Shown piece after piece: positions 58,901 through 64,000 of a stretch of 64,000 nucleotides of DNA. The stretch comes from Amphiscolops sp. MND2022 (Eukaryota): contig OZ076414.1 of assembly GCA_964187785.1 (NCBI GenBank), positions 1 to 64,000 of the forward strand, in the 5' to 3' direction. The position numbers and the translations under genes were made by a program. Under the pieces are notes generated by a model. It worked only from the letters and a program-made list of their open reading frames with translations. It was not told the DNA's origin and did not search any database. Position 1 is the stretch's first letter; the number at the start of each line of letters is the position of its first letter.

Positions 58901-61900
58901 AGATGGGGTAAAATTTTAGAGTTCATCATGTAGTCCAATGCGAAGAGTAATATAAGGTTTTGTTTGAGAAATGTGTTCATCAGAATATTCTGGAGTATTA
59001 GAAAAAATGAATGAATAACTAAGAGCTTTTCCAAGTAATTGAAATGTTGTATTAGAATGTTTCGAAAAGAGAATTCTGTTCCAAAATTGATCGAGTTCTG
59101 CATTTGAATATAAACTAGCATCTTGGGCTGTAAATGTATTCGGACGTATTGTAGTTTTGATTTGATTAGGTGTCAGAAAAAGAGGAGGTTTTCGTTTTAT
59201 AGCTTCTGGGCAAAGAAAATAAAAATCTTGATTGTCAGTATCAGGGTCAAGTTCTAAAATGTTTCGTGGGTTTTTATCACAAGGTATAGGAGTAGCATAA
59301 TCATAAGTTTGTCGAGCAATGGGATCTACATACAAGAGGGTATATTTGTAACGTGTAGGATTTCTATCAAAGCAACGGTCAGCTTTGTATAAAGGTGATA
59401 AGAATTGAGGACAGTCATTAAACCAGGCTGTAAAGCCTTCTACATATGGGAAGTTACTTCGATTTCCAGTTAAGAGGAATCCTGCAAGTTGAGGATTTTG
59501 TACGGACATAACAAATTTTGTAAGAAGTTGATTACGTTCTAATTCACAGATGGTATGAAGCGTATTAAGTTCTTGTACAGTGATAGAAAGAAAAACGTGG
59601 TTAATAGTATAATATGTTTTAGTATCAAAATGAGCATCGTAGTCAATGGTTGCAAAGTTATTAGATACATTCAGTGCTGGAAAAATAAGTGTTTTGTTGT
59701 CGAGTCTAATACTATTTTACCAGAAATATATTCAATTATTATAGATTGAAGATTACGTTGTCCTATAGGCATATTGAAACCTTCTCGATAAGTAACAAAA
59801 AGATCTGAATATTTTGTAGTAAAAAGAGGTTCCGGTTTGCCAAAAAATGTTTGAGTGTGTGGAACGAGTTCAAAACGTGAGAGACTTGGGTTATGTGGGT
59901 TTTGTGTGTGAGGTGCATGAATGTATAGAAAGGGAGTGCCTTTTATTCCAGAGGGAGTGTCAGATTTATTTGGCAAAGGAGAATGAATAAAGAAGAATCT
60001 TTCAATCCAATATCTATCATTAATTTTAGTCATTCTACCTACAAAGTCTTGTAGTGTGAAAATTAAACAAAATTCGTCACTAAAATAAACAAGTGTGAAC
60101 GAAGTTTTAGTAGTAGGTTTACAAAAACCGTCAGCAAATTACTATGGAAGTGAGTGTCTGTCGATTATCATTAGGTTTTTGGTATCGTCATAAGTAAGTT
60201 CTATTTCAGAGACGGAAAGTCTCCAACTAAGTAAATTCACTTCGAATTGGTTATGTGCTGGACAATGGTGAAAAGGATTGGTCTTTGGGTCATAAATCCA
60301 AGATGTATCTGCTGGCATGTAAGTAAAAGTACCAGTATACATTGTATTGAATTTATAGACTGTAAAAGGAGATTGTTATTGTTTTCTCTTGGAAGTAATG
60401 ATCTTCTGAGAGTGTAAACTTACGGTTGTAATTGAAGTTGTTTAATATTTTGTTATTTGTACCATTAAGATGTCTAATAGGGTTTTTACATTCTAATGGA
60501 TCTAGAGTGATAGGAAGAAGTAATGTGTTTTTGTTCCATACGGCTCGATCAACACGTCTATATTTAACTGAGCCTTGACAACAATTTTTTCATTTCTTCC
60601 TAGCGTAAGCTTCACATTTAAAAACTTCAACGCGTTTAGCTTTTGCTCGAACATAAACTCGGGCTTGAACTTAAGCTTGTTGAATGTTCGAGGGGCTTCC
60701 GTACATGGTTTCACGTTCAATAAAATGAATTGTCTCAAATTATCTTGTTTTTCACAATCATAGTGAGAAACCATAAGATTTGTAATTTTTGGATCATCTG
60801 GAGGAAGATAATTGTCTGTATCTGTAAGTTCAACAGGCGTTGCATGGGAATATATAAAGATGTTACATAGAGAAATGTAAAATAATATTTGTAAATAGAT
60901 TGTGAACATATTTGTTTTAGAATGATGTAGTGTATTTGAGGCCTGAATATGGGTTGTGAAACATGATTTTGCCAAACGGTAAATCTGGAAGAGTAGGATC
61001 TCTGTTGAAATCTACGTATGTAACTAAAAACGGAGCAGGTGTAGTTTTATGTTCTAGTTTTGCTACTTGAAATATTGGATGAGGATTTAATCCTTGAAAA
61101 TTACTTTTTACTTCAAATGTTAATTCTAGGTTTGGGTGTTGAAGTCTTTGAAGTTCAAGTTCTTTACGTTTTCCAGAAAATGTATCGTAGTTATTTATGA
61201 ATCGTTGTGCAAGAAGAGTAAAACGAGGATCAAATCTAGGTTCGTATATAGTGATTCCGTCATTACGTATTGGATAGTCAGCACAGTTAGGAGTAGGAGG
61301 TCTAGAGTTGTCTGCAGTGAAATAATCTGGGAGACGTACTGTAGGTTGTACAGGAGTAGGTACTAAAACTTCGGAGAAAATGTTACCAGATAGGTATGCA
61401 GCCTGTACGTCAGATGATATTAGAGATGCAGTGTCTATACCAGACGTAAAATAAGAATGTGAATTGAGTTAAGAAAAGTGTGTTTCAGAAGATTGTGGTT
61501 GAGCGTGTTGTCTCAGAAAGCGAGAAGTTGAACTGCTGGATAATGCAGAAACATTAAGAGTAGATGTATCAGTACTTAGTCGTCGATTAGGTAGAGGATT
61601 GTATTTATGTTGAGGTATAAATATTGTACTTATTAAGTCTTGTGTGGGTTTATATCCTTGTGTTGAATCGTCGTCTAACAAGTTAGATAGTGACGTAGAA
61701 AGTTTCTTGAGTGGTTTGAGAGTAGGATATATTTGTGATTTTGTACTGGATTCATTGTCTGTATTATAAGTTGTTTTGGGTATTTGTACTAAATCTGATT
61801 GAGGTGGAAGTAGTCTAGCTGTTTTGATAGCTGTTCCAAGTTTTTGTGGTTTATATTCTATGTATTTTGCAACAGATTCTGAATTTGGTATATGGACCAG

Positions 61901-64000
61901 AGGAATATTGATAGGTGATGAGTGGAAGCCAGATGGTGGAGTTATAGGTATTTCATTTATAGGAGGTCGGTTTATATTAGAAGATATAATAGAAATAATG
62001 GTCGACGAGGTATCAAAAATGTTAGAAATTGGTCTTGTAGGTGGTGTAGTTACATTACGTGAGTGACTTGTTAAAACTGTTTGAGAAGTGGAACTTGTTA
62101 AACTTGGCGCTGATGGAGATGTATCAGAAGACGATTCCAGGTTGTCAGAATTTTAGTACTTGTTAATTGTTTGTTTTTTTGCTTCAATTTTTCAGAGCTG
62201 GTCCTGATTAGGTGTTGCTGTTTTAAGATCTTAAAAAGTTACGAATGATCAGTGGTTTAAAAGTTTGGAGGATGAAAGGAAAAATCTGTAATCCTTTCCT
62301 GGTTGTTGTGGTAATTTATGATGAGGTTTAAGAGTTCTATTTTGAGATGTATCATTGGGTGCAGGAAGAGAAGAGCTGTCAGTAGGGTGACGGATACGAG
62401 TATAATATGGATTAGTATCATGAGTTTTACTGATTGTCTTAAAAGATGAAGTGTCATTTTAAGAAGTGTCAGGATTATATGGATGAATGGTATTATAGTA
62501 TTCATCATCAGAAAGAAGAGTAATTGTTTGCGTATTTATTGGGTTTGGGAGTATCTGTATTAATAGAATCTGAAAATCGCGTTAAGTTACGAAGATGGGG
62601 ATATAAGAGTGGTTCTTTTGGATAATAAGGTATTAAATGCTTTCGATGAATATGAAATTTACTACCATCTTGTGATAGAAGTTCATAAGTTACGTCTCAG
62701 AGTCGATCTAATGTTTTGTAGAGACCAATATGAAGAGGTTTGAATTTGTCTGAGAATTGAACATGAGTGAAATTACGTTTCAAAACAAAGATACCAAGTG
62801 GCAGAGGTTTATCTTCATGATAAGTTTTTGTTATATATGCTTGAGAATTGCTGTCTGTTAAGTATAGTTATGTACTATTGAATAAATTTGTAACACAGCA
62901 GTTTCAACTGCAAGAAACCATTGTGGAATAGGTTTTGAGAGTGTTTTGTAAAAGAATGGGTTTCGGTCAGTTTTGTCATACTGAGTGTTCTGGTAATTTT
63001 GAACAATATTTGGATATACATGTGTTATTCTTGTTACGGTTAAGGCTTAAATCGGTTGTTGAAGGAATTCGAGGTCGTATATGAAAGCCTAATTCATGAG
63101 GGGAGACATTGAGTGCTGAAAAGGGTCGTGAGTTATGTGCTTACATAAAAAACCGTACATTAAAAAAGCGTACATATGCAATTGATGTGCCCAATCCTTG
63201 GAAGTATTTTGTAAAAACATACGATTATGTGTACTAAGGTTTTTGTTTTGAACTTAAACAAGTCCATTAGTCCAAGGGAAGTAAGAGGTGTTCTAGGAGA
63301 GTGTCTAATACCCATAAGTGTACAAAGGTGTGCCATATCGGTGTTAATATATTCTGATCCACGATCAGTGACAAGATTTATGGGTGGACCAAATTTGACA
63401 ATCCAGTGATGTAAAAGTGTCGTAACTGCTGTTTTGGCATTGTTAGATTTGATAGCACTGCAACGACAAAGTGACGAAAAGCGTCAACAATGACGTGTAT
63501 AAACCATTTGTTCTGTGATACGTCCTTGGTGTCCATTGAGATACGATAGTTGAAAGAAGGAGCATGTTCTGAAAAAGATTGTAGAGGAGCAGTATTATGT
63601 TTCATATTAAAGTGTTTATTGCGCTGACCATCAAGACAGTCTTGTCTGAAAATGGATAACCATTGTTCATGGAATAGAATATAATAGTATTGTGAAAATG
63701 TATTGTAGGTAATTTTAGTGCCAGAATGACAATGAGCATGTAGCTTGTTGAAAGCTGTTTTAAAAAGTCTAAAGGGAAGGCAAATCCTGATTTTACTATA
63801 AACTAAGAGTGTAGTTGTATTTGGCTGTGTATCAGAAAAGTATTTGTTTTTTGTATATAAACTGATGAGGTTAATGCCATCATCAAAAAGTAGTGGGAGA
63901 AGATTTTGTAATGTGCGTGTAGAAAAGGAGAACCATGTTTTAAAGGTGTAGGATATTCATGTTTAGCATTGTGACGTATCCAGTGATATACAGTTTTCAA
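55950..64000 (-). mobile_element. 3' half of a degenerate env-bearing Gypsy element (continues past the window end)
   Basis: Integrase fragments ISMDTK...HVIVDAF (63378-63605), followed by S/T-rich ORFs, env-like fragments and further ORF fragments. The 3' LTR was not located. Confidence 0.8.
58197..60909 (-). pseudogene. env: env-like glycoprotein, fragmented (probably class III fusion, chuvirus-G-like)
   Basis: Signal peptide MFTIYLQILFYISLCNIFIYSHA; YDC...LLNVKPC; DCP..LY.ADRCFDR.P...YVDPI.RQT..ATPI.CD; transmembrane segment near 58720-58900; tail at 58197-58667. Confidence 0.75.

Overview
AT-rich animal (metazoan-like) genomic DNA made almost entirely of mobile elements; no host gene is recognisable. 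(1) 1-761 is probably the 3' end of an LTR, and ~1134-2372 a 5'-truncated non-LTR RT remnant. (2) 2514-20627 is an apparently complete 18.1-kb Polinton/Maverick endogenous DNA virus. It has perfect 54-bp TIRs (AGTAGT...ACTACT), a 6-bp TSD (GACAAT) and pPolB, packaging ATPase, integrase, core protein, major and minor capsid and adenain protease genes. Manual reading suggests five GT-AG introns, each of which restores a reading frame: one in pPolB, three in an orphan gene and one in an SGNH hydrolase, the last containing telomeric (TTAGGG)n. (3) 23617-42376 is a degenerate Gypsy element with 2-kb LTRs, bounded by two U5 ends in inverted orientation and a 5-bp TSD (GTAAT). It carries an antisense, intron-containing BED-finger gene and an ORF running into U3. 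(4) There are several MITEs, a Tc1 fossil and decayed Gypsy pol. (5) ~55950-64000 is a second Gypsy element with an env-like glycoprotein. All family assignments come from motif recognition by eye; no searches were run.
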